IMG/VR virus record: IMGVR_UViG_3300028490_000007
Location: 1 to 64,000 of that record
Strand: one strand, 5' to 3'
DNA: 64,000 nt
Origin: a virus
Shown here: positions 1 to 8,949 of the stretch, one piece after another
Numbering within the stretch: the stretch's first letter is position 1
Layout: each line of letters opens with the position of its first letter
Notes under the pieces: model-generated
The model's database searches: none
What the model saw: the letters and a program-made list of their open reading frames with translations, nothing else
What the model was told of the DNA's origin: nothing
Position numbers and translations under genes: made by a program

Positions 1-75
1 ACCATCTGATAATTCTTTGTCTAAGATTAGTGCGTTTGGAACTTGAGTAAAGTTACCATGCAATCTTGTTTTCAT
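1..75 (-). CDS. N-terminus of a probable HTH replication-initiator-like protein (truncated by window edge)
   Basis: AAGGAG RBS then MKTRLHGNFTQVPNALILDKELSDG; the NFTxVPN..I.D..LS start is typical of phage HTH replication initiators. Confidence 0.45.
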   Translation of the reverse strand, partial: MKTRLHGNFTQVPNALILDKELSDG

Positions 76-85
76 TTATCTCTCC

Positions 86-1240
86 TTAGTCTTTCACCTC
101 CGTAATCATTACTGATAACGCAGTCATTTTTGTTGTCATGTGCTTCTCATCAACAATCCAAGCATCCTTCTCATCCGGGTCACTCATAAATCTAGCTAAG
201 TTCTTCACACTTACATCAACGAAGTTACCATCTCTTTTTGCTAGAGTAAGTTTCTCTGCATCAGTAAAGGCTGTTGGGTCAATGATATCTTTCTTATTAC
301 CACCTTTTAAAGTGATAGCATAACCAGGTGCTTTAGCTTTTTTCGCCCCTAAGTTTAGCATAAGCTTCTTAACGTCATCTTTCATAGCTTTCATGTTCTT
401 CTCTTGTATTGCCCACTTCTTTACGGTGTCAACGTCTCTCGCCATATCAGGTGACAATTCAATAGTTTCGCCTGAACCAAGACAGTTATGTGCAAACTTA
501 CATATTGAACATAAGTTACCGACACGACGGTTCACGTCATTAATTGAAAACTCCATCATGTCTTTTTCTTTGTTTACAAACTGAATGTAGTCTTCAATAA
601 CACTGACGAAACTGAGTGCATCATCTTGAGCAATAAGGACTTCTTCTATCTCGAAAGGGATATGGTACTCCTGCTCTCTACCGTCATTGATTTCTATTGC
701 ATACACATAGATATCAATCTCTTCTGGCTTAATACCTTTCTTTTCTGCAATGTATTGTGCTTGCATGTTCGTCTGTCTCACCCAATAGTCATGTGGCTCA
801 GTAGGTATCGCATTTGATGTTTTCAATTCATACAGTATGTACTTTGCACCTTTTCTCTTTGACCTGTTTATGAAAGCCTTCGCTTCTTTTGACTTAATAG
901 TACCTGGGTTTGCCAAGTCTATCAATAGGTCTGGGTGAACTTGAATGAAACTAAACTCTTCTGTTCCGTGGTACTCTCCCTGCTTCTCGTAGAGTACCCC
1001 AAGTTCATCTAGGTTAGCTTCTATAACTCCTTCTGCAATATTACCTTTACGCATACGTATAAACTCTGATAATGTAGGTGGCTGTTCTCCAAAAAGAATT
1101 GGGAATGCAGCTTTCCTTGCACACCCAGATACTGTAGAAGCACCAACCTTTACATCGTGACCATCATACGTCAAACGCTCATGACTTGTTCTTGCCTGCT
1201 CTTGCAGAAAGGCGGTGAGCATTAATTCGCTGAAATTCAT
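86..1240 (-). CDS. Cas4-like PD-(D/E)xK exonuclease with Fe-S cluster cysteines
   Basis: ASTVSGCARK, HPDLLID, YELKTS, Q..MQ and C-terminal CSICKFAHNC motifs. Confidence 0.8.
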   Translation of the reverse strand: MNFSELMLTAFLQEQARTSHERLTYDGHDVKVGASTVSGCARKAAFPILFGEQPPTLSEFIRMRKGNIAEGVIEANLDELGVLYEKQGEYHGTEEFSFIQVHPDLLIDLANPGTIKSKEAKAFINRSKRKGAKYILYELKTSNAIPTEPHDYWVRQTNMQAQYIAEKKGIKPEEIDIYVYAIEINDGREQEYHIPFEIEEVLIAQDDALSFVSVIEDYIQFVNKEKDMMEFSINDVNRRVGNLCSICKFAHNCLGSGETIELSPDMARDVDTVKKWAIQEKNMKAMKDDVKKLMLNLGAKKAKAPGYAITLKGGNKKDIIDPTAFTDAEKLTLAKRDGNFVDVSVKNLARFMSDPDEKDAWIVDEKHMTTKMTALSVMITEVKD

Positions 1241-1821
1241 ACGTCATCCCTTTCGCAAATATACTTGTCTTGCAAAAGCTTAAAACCATAACGCTTAAGT
1301 ACCGTCGCAGACTTTGGCTTAACATCAGACTTTTTAATAATAAAAGTTTTATCTGTTGTTTCAAAGTCAAGTTTCATTCTTCCAAGATTTTGGACTATGG
1401 ATGGCACACGAACCTTACTCGGTGCAGGTACATTTTCTACTACTTGTGGACCTCTGTAGTCTATACCACACTCAAGATCATCCCTGCTAGACATTCCAGC
1501 ATCAAGACCTATACCAAGTGCACCAAGTGCACGTCCTCGGCTTGATGTCTCGCAAAACCTAAACGCATCAATAACTCTATCTTTATTTCCAGACATGTTT
1601 TCTGCTGCTGTTCCGTTCACCATAAAAAACTCTTCACCTTTACTGTTTCTTCCAAGTACCTGTACTTCAAAAACAATATATGAACCATCCTTTGTATGCT
1701 CCCAATAGTGTGATGATTTCATAAACATACCCTTTGGCTGATATTCTTCAACAAAGATTTTGTTTTTCTCTGCCACAGTCATATATTGCTGTAGCTCTTC
1801 AACCGACATTGTGTTACTCAT
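1237..1821 (-). CDS. putative single-strand annealing protein (Sak/Rad52-like)
   Basis: ETSSRGRALGALGIG motif; 4-nt overlap with the exonuclease gene, as in phage recombination modules. Confidence 0.55.
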   Translation of the reverse strand: MSNTMSVEELQQYMTVAEKNKIFVEEYQPKGMFMKSSHYWEHTKDGSYIVFEVQVLGRNSKGEEFFMVNGTAAENMSGNKDRVIDAFRFCETSSRGRALGALGIGLDAGMSSRDDLECGIDYRGPQVVENVPAPSKVRVPSIVQNLGRMKLDFETTDKTFIIKKSDVKPKSATVLKRYGFKLLQDKYICERDDV

Positions 1822-1910
1822 ACCTTCTCCTTATAAGAAAATTTCGTGTAATAGCCTCCACACGAAGAGGAAAAATTGTGCTATTCTTGTTACTATCCAA
1901 CTAAGGAAGT

Positions 1911-2390
1911 TCAATTATAGACGACCCATTCAAATGCAGCTTGCTCTGCATTAACTATTAAGCAGGGGTTATCTTCATCATCTAAGTCATAATCATATAC
2001 GATATCAGATGCATCACACCCAATAATCTTCTTAAACTCTTCATCTGAAATGTCAATATCACATCCAATCGAGTCATCATATTCACTGAGTGCAAACATG
2101 CCATCAAGACACACTGTTCTATACTCAGTTTCTTCTTTGTTTATTTTAAAATCAGATAGTACATGTCTTAGTGCAACACCTACATTTCTCATTACTCCTC
2201 CATTAAACTCAAGCAAGAGCCCACCTCTATCCACAGGATATCCGACATCCTCACCATCAGACTGCCACATGCTTGTATTTTCTGCATCTGTTACGATCCA
2301 TTCATTACTCACAAGCCAATCAAATGCCTTCTTCTTTTCTTCTACGGTAACAAATTTTATATTACCATAGACCTCTACATATGTACTCAT
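1911..2390 (-). CDS. hypothetical acidic protein
   Basis: 159 aa ORF, GGGAGA RBS, co-oriented gene cluster. Confidence 0.7.
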   Translation of the reverse strand: MSTYVEVYGNIKFVTVEEKKKAFDWLVSNEWIVTDAENTSMWQSDGEDVGYPVDRGGLLLEFNGGVMRNVGVALRHVLSDFKINKEETEYRTVCLDGMFALSEYDDSIGCDIDISDEEFKKIIGCDASDIVYDYDLDDEDNPCLIVNAEQAAFEWVVYN

Positions 2391-2391
2391 T

Positions 2392-2846
2392 TTATCTCCC
2401 TAGATATTTTTTGCTATCAACCATGTTTACGATAGGTGACAACTTGAATAGTTCGTCAGCTCTAATAAATAAACTCTCAGAAGGACCGTCTAAACTCAGC
2501 TCTTTTTCAAGAAGAGCAAATCGCTTAAGGTACTCTGGTATTGACAGCTTTTTTAGTTTCCCGATTTACCCACAAAGGTAACTCGAATTTTAGCTTTACT
2601 TTTTAGATATTTATGTACCCATTGAGTAATACTCATATCAATTAGGTCCTCTTCTGGTATTGTGAATTCAAAAACCTCACCTGCACTATATACTGCTTTT
2701 TTACCGTCAAATGAAATGATACTACTTTGTTCTACTGTAGTTCCAACTTTGTCTGACAATACCTCCGCTAGAGTACCATTCATAAGTAGCTCAGGCTTGA
2801 TTGTAGCTGTCTTATTTTTCCCTTTTTCTACTTTAACTTTCATCAT
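2392..2846 (-). CDS. hypothetical protein (97 aa, 2553-2846) with probable -1 frameshift extension to 2392 (~151 aa)
   Basis: G GGA AAC heptamer directly before the stop; the -1 frame is open for 54 codons and ends next to the following start codon. Confidence 0.6.
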
Positions 2847-3295
2847 TTTGCTCTCCTTGGAAATTCAAATCCTCTACATCCTTTGATGCGTTGCTGTCGT
2901 GTTGTCATAGGCTCACCCTTGCTATCAGTAACAACTTTATCATACCCATCACGCAACGTCTTTGTTACATGTTCATGTTGAATGTTGATAGGGTAGACAA
3001 AATCTGACCTGTGCTTGTAATCTTTGTCTAAAGCTAATGCCTCTGCAACCTTTTGACTTACGATATAAATCTTACTGTCATCGTGTTCTGGTATCTCTCC
3101 GTATACTTCCTCCTTTATTGCAAATATATTACAGTCCATTACAGACCCCTGTAGTAGTGATGATTTCTGAACCCTAAGTAGATCCTTCCCTCTTGCCGGA
3201 CCTGCACTAAAACCAGATGCCAAGTCCTCCATGTTGTGAGGAGTGAGGTTTATAAGCTCCACTGCTCCACTCACTATGTCTTTTAAATTTAACAA
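2843..3295 (-). CDS. conserved phage hypothetical protein
   Basis: LINLTPH N-terminal motif and YIVS..VA motif, seen in a common phage protein family. Confidence 0.7.
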   Translation of the reverse strand: MLNLKDIVSGAVELINLTPHNMEDLASGFSAGPARGKDLLRVQKSSLLQGSVMDCNIFAIKEEVYGEIPEHDDSKIYIVSQKVAEALALDKDYKHRSDFVYPINIQHEHVTKTLRDGYDKVVTDSKGEPMTTRQQRIKGCRGFEFPRRAK

Positions 3296-3296
3296 A

Positions 3297-3833
3297 TCAT
3301 TTCCTTTTTGCTTCTAGGTTAACAGTGTCTATAGCACTGAGTATATGTTTCGTCTCAAAGGTACGCCATAGGCTAATACAGAATACACGCCACTTACCTT
3401 TGCCCCATTCGTATTCACGGCTCTTTCCGTATTTCTCACCCTCTTCTCTTGATAGGAATACAGAGTCTGTATGCCAGTAGGTAAATGTGTTACCGTCATT
3501 TTCTGCAAGCTCAAACATTTCCTCTGTGACTTCATCTTCATCGATGTTGTTTTCACAGTAGTCACGGATCACTTCTGGATACCATGTTCTCTCTATTTGA
3601 AATAGCCAAATAGGTTCAGACGTACCTTCTGCTCCACGAGGGCCATTCCCTTTACCTATGTGTGCTAGGCACTTCATATCAGGAACATCTACTGGATGAA
3701 CACGTTCTAGTCTGTCAAGCAAGGAACACACATCATTATTGTTTCTTGAGTCATCAGTCTCACTAAACATATGGTTTTCAAGAACTGATTTAATTTCAAG
3801 AAAAAATTCTCCCGGTATAATTACGCTTCTCAT
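3297..3833 (-). CDS. hypothetical protein
   Basis: 178 aa ORF with AAGGA RBS, tight packing. Confidence 0.7.
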   Translation of the reverse strand: MRSVIIPGEFFLEIKSVLENHMFSETDDSRNNNDVCSLLDRLERVHPVDVPDMKCLAHIGKGNGPRGAEGTSEPIWLFQIERTWYPEVIRDYCENNIDEDEVTEEMFELAENDGNTFTYWHTDSVFLSREEGEKYGKSREYEWGKGKWRVFCISLWRTFETKHILSAIDTVNLEAKRK

Positions 3834-3842
3834 TTTTATCCT

Positions 3843-4766
3843 TTATATTTTAACTACAGTTAATTTTGTATCTGTTGAAGAGAAATCAAACCCGTATTTT
3901 GTAGGGGCTTTTCCTTCTGCTATGTCTTTATATGTAACAATGTAATCTTTATTGTCTTGACTGTATACAGTTAACACCACTGCATCACCAGTTGCTTTAA
4001 ACGCCTTCATGATTGAATACGGACGTGTTAGTGTGAAATTGAAGTCAAGACGTCTCTTTCTTGTTTCATTTAAAATATCTTCCCACTCCTCAAAGAACTG
4101 TCTAACTTTTGCATCTATAGTTTTAGGGAATGTAGCCCTAGATATAGGTGCAAGTCTTGGGTCTATATATGTTTCGCCTATATCTTCCAAAGACATATTA
4201 AGCATGGTTTCACGCTTCTTTTCATACTCATACTTATCCGTAATTGATGACCATAAACCTTTCGCTTCACGAGATATCCTATTGACAAGTTCTTCTTTTG
4301 TCATTCCATATATCTCACGGTCAGTAAACTCAAGTCTGATGTTTTCAAAAGTGGTCTCTCTCATTTCTTTTGACCACGCTCCTGTATCATTTGCATATAT
4401 ATTTATGTATATTGTCTCGTACGGCATTCTAATTATAGCCCTACTAGCATCTATATATGCAGAGATTTCGGGTGTATGATATCTCCGCAACGACAACTGT
4501 CTATGCCCTGAGCCATTAGATTTCACATCACTCTCGTAGAACAGCTCCATGCATTTAGGCAGGAGCTTCTCTAGCTCACTAGCCATAACATCTGAGTAAG
4601 AGTAAGAACTTGTACCAAACCGAAGCTTGTTGTGCTCTCTACCACATCCACCACAGAATTTAAACACCTCTCCACTCTTAAAAGATACCGTCTCTCCACA
4701 CCCACACTTCTCACTACATTCACTGTCTACCGTATATTTACCTGGTTCTTTTTTTGGAAATTTCAT
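3843..4766 (-). CDS. hypothetical protein with N-terminal Zn-ribbon
   Basis: CSEKCGC...CGGCG cysteine cluster; 307 aa. Confidence 0.7.
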   Translation of the reverse strand: MKFPKKEPGKYTVDSECSEKCGCGETVSFKSGEVFKFCGGCGREHNKLRFGTSSYSYSDVMASELEKLLPKCMELFYESDVKSNGSGHRQLSLRRYHTPEISAYIDASRAIIRMPYETIYINIYANDTGAWSKEMRETTFENIRLEFTDREIYGMTKEELVNRISREAKGLWSSITDKYEYEKKRETMLNMSLEDIGETYIDPRLAPISRATFPKTIDAKVRQFFEEWEDILNETRKRRLDFNFTLTRPYSIMKAFKATGDAVVLTVYSQDNKDYIVTYKDIAEGKAPTKYGFDFSSTDTKLTVVKI

Positions 4767-4769
4767 TTA

Positions 4770-5270
4770 CTATCCTATCCCAAGATTTTTCTTGGCTTCA
4801 TCTTCCGTCCATCCTAAAAACTTCCACACACCATTATACATGGCATACATCTTATCGCTTCCAAGACACACAACTCTCTTTTCGTGTTTGTTTATAGATA
4901 GCCTATTTAGTATCTCATCAATACTATTTGTAACAGAAGGCTTATCTTCATCGTCATCTAAATCTGTAATAAGCAGTGTTCTTTCATCCCATGAGTCGAG
5001 AACAAAGCTTGCTATTTTTCTCTTGAATTTTTCGTCTAGCATAAATAGATCACCTACGTAATCTTCTTGTCCGGTAGCATAGTGATTGTGCATACACACA
5101 GGCCCGTATCCTGCATCAACAGACCTTGGGTCACTCAGACCTTTTCCACACACACTACACTTTGCTACTGCTGCTTTTCTTTTCTTTTTTATTTTAGGCT
5201 CAGGGACATCAGGTAGTTCCACTTCAAACAATACTCCCTGCCTAGTATCTTCTTCATTATCTTTTTTCAT
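4770..5270 (-). CDS. DUF6011-like Zn-finger protein
   Basis: CSVCGKGLSDPRSVDAGYGPVC matches the C..CG..L.D..S...G.GP.C pattern. Confidence 0.7.
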   Translation of the reverse strand: MKKDNEEDTRQGVLFEVELPDVPEPKIKKKRKAAVAKCSVCGKGLSDPRSVDAGYGPVCMHNHYATGQEDYVGDLFMLDEKFKRKIASFVLDSWDERTLLITDLDDDEDKPSVTNSIDEILNRLSINKHEKRVVCLGSDKMYAMYNGVWKFLGWTEDEAKKNLGIG

Positions 5271-5406
5271 TAGGAACACACTTTGCTATTGTGTTGTTGT
5301 TCTCAAAAGTTACCTCATAGTGCTCACCATTTGCACATATTGTCTGCACATAATGGTATTGTCCATACACTGAAACTGCTATCAACGCTATTAAAAAAAT
5401 CTTCAT
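5257..5406 (-). CDS. small secreted/membrane-anchored peptide (49 aa; missing from ORF track)
   Basis: MKIFLIALIAVSVYGQYHYVQTICANGEHYEVTFENNNTIAKCVPNEKR; fills the gap between neighbours, signal-peptide-like start, two Cys. Confidence 0.6.
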   Translation of the reverse strand: MKIFLIALIAVSVYGQYHYVQTICANGEHYEVTFENNNTIAKCVPNEKR

Positions 5407-5859
5407 CTATTCCTCCGGTTCTCTTTCATATACTAACTTCATGGAGTCGTCTTGCTGTAGACTCCAAAACTCATTGTCTGCCTCAACACCACCTGTGTCA
5501 AAGTTAATTATCCCTACGTCTGCTTCAAACTCACCTACTTTATATTGACTGGCAAATACATACTTTGGCGTTCCCTTCTCTATAATAATAGCAATGCGTG
5601 GCTTACTGTCATCAAACTCACGTGCAACCCATTCTGGGGACTGTCCTTCTTCCCACTCAACAGTTTCACTATAAGCATCAATCTTTTCCGTATCGATAAC
5701 TCTTGTCTGGATACACTCATATTTATTGAAAGCAGAACCATCTTCACTGATAGCTGCAATAACCTTTTTGATAGCATCCTCTTTTGACTCAGCCTCAACT
5801 TTAGCTGTATATTGAATTGTCGCCTCTTCTACTGTGTCTACATCTACTTCATATTTCAT
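5407..5859 (-). CDS. hypothetical acidic protein
   Basis: AAGGAG RBS; ATGA overlap with upstream gene. Confidence 0.7.
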   Translation of the reverse strand: MKYEVDVDTVEEATIQYTAKVEAESKEDAIKKVIAAISEDGSAFNKYECIQTRVIDTEKIDAYSETVEWEEGQSPEWVAREFDDSKPRIAIIIEKGTPKYVFASQYKVGEFEADVGIINFDTGGVEADNEFWSLQQDDSMKLVYEREPEE

Positions 5860-6182
5860 GAACATTCTCCTTTTACTACGCAAATTGACGCATCTAAACA
5901 CGCACCTAATGTTTCACCCAGCGATCTATTTGACTCCTCTACTCTGGCACTAAGATCCTCAGATGCAATTCTTCCACTAGCCTTAGATGCATTAAGCATC
6001 ACCCCTGAAGAACTAGATATGTTATCAGCCAGTTCAAAATTACCAACCATGTTTAGTGCTCTAGCTAAGTCTCTTAGATATGCAGCTTCAACCCTTAGTA
6101 TTTGCTCCATCTCAACTCTTTGAGTATGTAGATCTTTACTTGTGTCCAAAAAATCTCTATCTTCTTCTAATGTGCTTCTCAT
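5856..6182 (-). CDS. hypothetical protein
   Basis: 108 aa ORF in co-oriented cluster. Confidence 0.6.
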   Translation of the reverse strand: MRSTLEEDRDFLDTSKDLHTQRVEMEQILRVEAAYLRDLARALNMVGNFELADNISSSSGVMLNASKASGRIASEDLSARVEESNRSLGETLGACLDASICVVKGECS

Positions 6183-6345
6183 TTGTTTCCCCTTTAATTA
6201 ATACTTCAAGTGTATCTATCTTGCATGAGGTGTCACTCATAGCAAATACAACCTCTGTTTTGGTTCGCTCTTTAGGTACAGTCTTGACCATGTCCAATAA
6301 CTCACCTATAGTCTTTTCTGTGTTTTTAATGTCTTTAACTTTCAT
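6157..6345 (-). CDS. hypothetical protein
   Basis: 62 aa ORF overlapping neighbours at both ends. Confidence 0.55.
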   Translation of the reverse strand: MKVKDIKNTEKTIGELLDMVKTVPKERTKTEVVFAMSDTSCKIDTLEVLIKGETNEKHIRRR

Positions 6346-6646
6346 CTTTTTTCTTTGGTTCAGCCATTATATAATCCAAGCGTATCTTCATTGTTCTGTT
6401 CAGATCATCAGTTAATGCAGCTATGGTATCATCAGATAGTCCATCTTGAATTAACACAGGCTCGACCAATTCTTTTCCTGTCAAGTTAGTAATTTGGACA
6501 ATGACTCCACTCGCCATATATCTATCTTGAGTAAGCTTTTTTACATCACGAATGGCACTATAAATAGACATCACATCTTGTGCTTTGAACATTCTAACCT
6601 CTGCTCTTAACGCTTTAATCTCTTCTATCATTTCTCTCTCATCCAT
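6335..6646 (-). CDS. hypothetical protein
   Basis: 103 aa ORF, AGGAG RBS. Confidence 0.65.
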   Translation of the reverse strand: MDEREMIEEIKALRAEVRMFKAQDVMSIYSAIRDVKKLTQDRYMASGVIVQITNLTGKELVEPVLIQDGLSDDTIAALTDDLNRTMKIRLDYIMAEPKKKDES

Positions 6647-6655
6647 AATTGACTC

Positions 6656-6853
6656 CTACTTTCTTATTTTAAAATTATCTGGGCCATTTCCAAAATGGTC
6701 ATTGATGTTGTCCAGCTTCTCTTGTATATCTCCCACATGACAAGACATGCCAATAAGGTTTATCAAAGCCGAGGTTTCACTCTTTTTGAAGTAACCTCTT
6801 TCTACTGCATTAAATATTTTAAGCTTGTCTTTCATTGAAATCGAACCTGCCAT
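6656..6853 (-). CDS. hypothetical protein
   Basis: 65 aa, TAATG coupling to upstream gene. Confidence 0.6.
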   Translation of the reverse strand: MAGSISMKDKLKIFNAVERGYFKKSETSALINLIGMSCHVGDIQEKLDNINDHFGNGPDNFKIRK

Positions 6854-7122
6854 TACAGCTCCTTTAGTATCGTATTACAGAACAATTCAAGTTCTTTCTT
6901 TATGTATTTGATAGCCGTGTCTGTCTTCTTGAACCCCATTATTCTTGAGTCCAAAGGAAGAACATCAACATCTTCAAAGAATGATGAGATGTATATCATC
7001 TTGCCATTACCTATATCTTCAGCGGTAAATTGAAAAGCAACACCTCCAATATGTAACACCGGAGCACAGCATCTTCCGCTGTTCTGTATTGCCTCAACTT
7101 CTAATATTGTCATGTTCTCCAT
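6853..7122 (-). CDS. hypothetical protein
   Basis: 89 aa, TAATG coupling. Confidence 0.65.
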   Translation of the reverse strand: MENMTILEVEAIQNSGRCCAPVLHIGGVAFQFTAEDIGNGKMIYISSFFEDVDVLPLDSRIMGFKKTDTAIKYIKKELELFCNTILKEL

Positions 7123-7691
7123 TACAGTCCTTTTTCTGCTTCTCTAGCAGTATTGTCAAACTTCTCCCATCTCGAAGATGGAAGATTGTCCCATGACTTA
7201 TCAAGAGCCATGCGACGGTCAACAACAAGTCTAGCTCTCCACAGAAGCCTACGTGCTAGTCCAATATCATCTAGTGCTAGACTTAGGATTTTTAGACATA
7301 GACTTGCTGCTTCATCAACAGCCGTAATAAATACGTCCAGTCCTTTTTCTCCATCATAGTAATACTCCATATCCAAAACACCGTCAGCAACACCCAGCAT
7401 CTTGTCTACAGAACTCATCAGCTCCAGGTGCATGTCAATTATTGACTTGTGTGGAACGATTAAAAATCCTGCTTCTGCAAGAACAATACTTGCTGTCTCA
7501 GAAAACTTATCTACGTTTGTAGTATCTCTGCACATAACTCTTGCTGCTTGTATGTGCTCCCTTGCATGTCTTACACTAAATGAAGACTCTGCTACTGTTT
7601 GTCCTTTAGCGATTTCCTCAACATGCATATTCATTGCTGACGACGCACTTATTAGCTCACTACCTATGCTATAATTCATTGGCTCTGACAT
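7122..7691 (-). CDS. hypothetical protein
   Basis: 189 aa ORF, tight packing. Confidence 0.65.
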   Translation of the reverse strand: MSEPMNYSIGSELISASSAMNMHVEEIAKGQTVAESSFSVRHAREHIQAARVMCRDTTNVDKFSETASIVLAEAGFLIVPHKSIIDMHLELMSSVDKMLGVADGVLDMEYYYDGEKGLDVFITAVDEAASLCLKILSLALDDIGLARRLLWRARLVVDRRMALDKSWDNLPSSRWEKFDNTAREAEKGL

Positions 7692-7692
7692 T

Positions 7693-8094
7693 TTATCCCC
7701 TTTGAGATTTTTTGTATTCTTTGGTTAGCTTACTCAAAAGCTTATCGACTGCTTTTCCACCATCCATTGTAGCTGATGGTATAGTGTGCGGTATACCAAG
7801 TATTTTATGCTGTATGTTATTTACTGACGCACCATATGTTTGTTCATTAGGATAGTTCCATTGACCATCCTCCCAAATACGAACACTCTCTCTGTCATAA
7901 CATGCTATGATCCATGGGTCTTCTGTTACAATAGATTTCACATACTGTCTATAGTTTATGCGTTCAAACATAGACATAGCCTGCTCTGGATACCATACTA
8001 GGTCATGTCTTGACTCAGCTATCTTGTGCCATGTTCCTGCTTGTGGGAGAACGTAACATACGCCTTCCAATTCGAGTTCTTGTTTCTTTTCCAT
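7693..8094 (-). CDS. hypothetical protein resembling the C-terminal part of ABC/AAA_21-type ATPases
   Basis: AGGAG RBS before MEKKQ; IVTEDPWII..YDRESVRI...TYGASVNNIQHKILG. Confidence 0.6.
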   Translation of the reverse strand: MEKKQELELEGVCYVLPQAGTWHKIAESRHDLVWYPEQAMSMFERINYRQYVKSIVTEDPWIIACYDRESVRIWEDGQWNYPNEQTYGASVNNIQHKILGIPHTIPSATMDGGKAVDKLLSKLTKEYKKSQRG

Positions 8095-8172
8095 TTTTTC
8101 TCCTAATATATATTGTCTCCGCTTCATGTAATACTTAACTATGAAACGCAATCTAAAAAAAATACAACCACC

Positions 8173-8216
8173 TGCCCAGTACAGACAAGACGGTTAAGTC
8201 TCATCTGCACTGGGCA
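8173..8216 (-). terminator. long stem-loop followed by a U-rich tract (terminator/attenuator-like)
   Basis: Minus strand TGCCCAGTGCAGATGAGAC..GTCTTGTCTGTACTGGGCA, fully paired only with G-U on the minus strand, then GGTGGTTGTATTTTTTTT. Confidence 0.55.
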
Positions 8217-8397
8217 ATAATGGATGCTGGTTTAATGCCCTTAGCTGGGCTGTACACTTCGTCCACGTCACAGTATGGCTCGCCGCATGTGTACCCGTCT
8301 GATCACTGATTACAGTTAGTGAACCCACTTACCTAAGTCTTCCGACAGGATTTAGTTTTTGTTACCATGATGGTATTTTGTTTTTGATAGCCGGCTA

Positions 8398-8475
8398 TTA
8401 TATAGCTCTATCTTTTATTAAGGTTTGGTGGGTTGCCCACAAGTTTCGTATATGGATCTTTTCACGGACCTGCAT
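8398..8475 (-). CDS. small peptide (25 aa)
   Basis: AAGGAGGT RBS then MQVREKIHIRNLWATHQTLIKDRAI. Confidence 0.5.
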   Translation of the reverse strand: MQVREKIHIRNLWATHQTLIKDRAI

Positions 8476-8490
8476 ATTACCTCCTTTTAT

Positions 8491-8667
8491 TTAGTTGAGT
8501 TCCCAGAACTCTTGTTTTGCTACCTCAAGGGCAGCATTGTTTTGGAGAGTTACACTGTGGTTATCCCACTTGACTCTTCCTTTTTTGTCCTGTATCTTTC
8601 TGATTAGAAATCCTGCATCAGGTGCAGAAATTTCCAATAAGACTTGCTTCTTGTATCTAAGTTCCAT
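8491..8667 (-). CDS. small hypothetical protein (58 aa)
   Basis: MELRYKKQVLLEISAP..., AAGGG upstream. Confidence 0.55.
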   Translation of the reverse strand: MELRYKKQVLLEISAPDAGFLIRKIQDKKGRVKWDNHSVTLQNNAALEVAKQEFWELN

Positions 8668-8669
8668 TG

Positions 8670-8759
8670 CTACCCTTTCAGATAAGTGACTGTATGCCAA
8701 TCACGAGTTGACCAAGAACAACAAGTGCTCCTGATACCTTTATGCCTACAATAAGACAT
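8670..8759 (-). CDS. possible small Cys-containing peptide (29 aa)
   Basis: MSYCRHKGIRSTCCSWSTRDWHTVTYLKG; GGAGG lies very close to the ATG, so weak. Confidence 0.3.
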   Translation of the reverse strand: MSYCRHKGIRSTCCSWSTRDWHTVTYLKG

Positions 8760-8789
8760 GCCTCCATCTTGTCCATTACTTTGTCAGGA

Positions 8790-8936
8790 TTAAATACTTG
8801 CAAAATTCCAGCCTCCGAATAATGATGACATGACGTCTTCAGTATTAACGTGTCTAATAACGCCATCTTCATCCGACATTAACACTCTGCCCCAAATATC
8901 TAAACCACCGTAAAGGTTATTATCTTTCTCAAACAT
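8790..8936 (-). CDS. small hypothetical protein (48 aa; missing from ORF track)
   Basis: GGAGGT RBS then MFEKDNNLYGGLDIWGRVLMSDEDGVIRHVNTEDVMSSLFGGWNFASI. Confidence 0.6.
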   Translation of the reverse strand: MFEKDNNLYGGLDIWGRVLMSDEDGVIRHVNTEDVMSSLFGGWNFASI

Positions 8937-8949
8937 TTTGTACCTCCGT

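Noticed and set aside
86-1240. Cas4-like gene as evidence for a CRISPR-Cas system
   Set aside because: No cas1/cas2 and no repeat-spacer array seen in the window; it is coupled to an annealase-like gene, as expected for a solo phage recombination exonuclease
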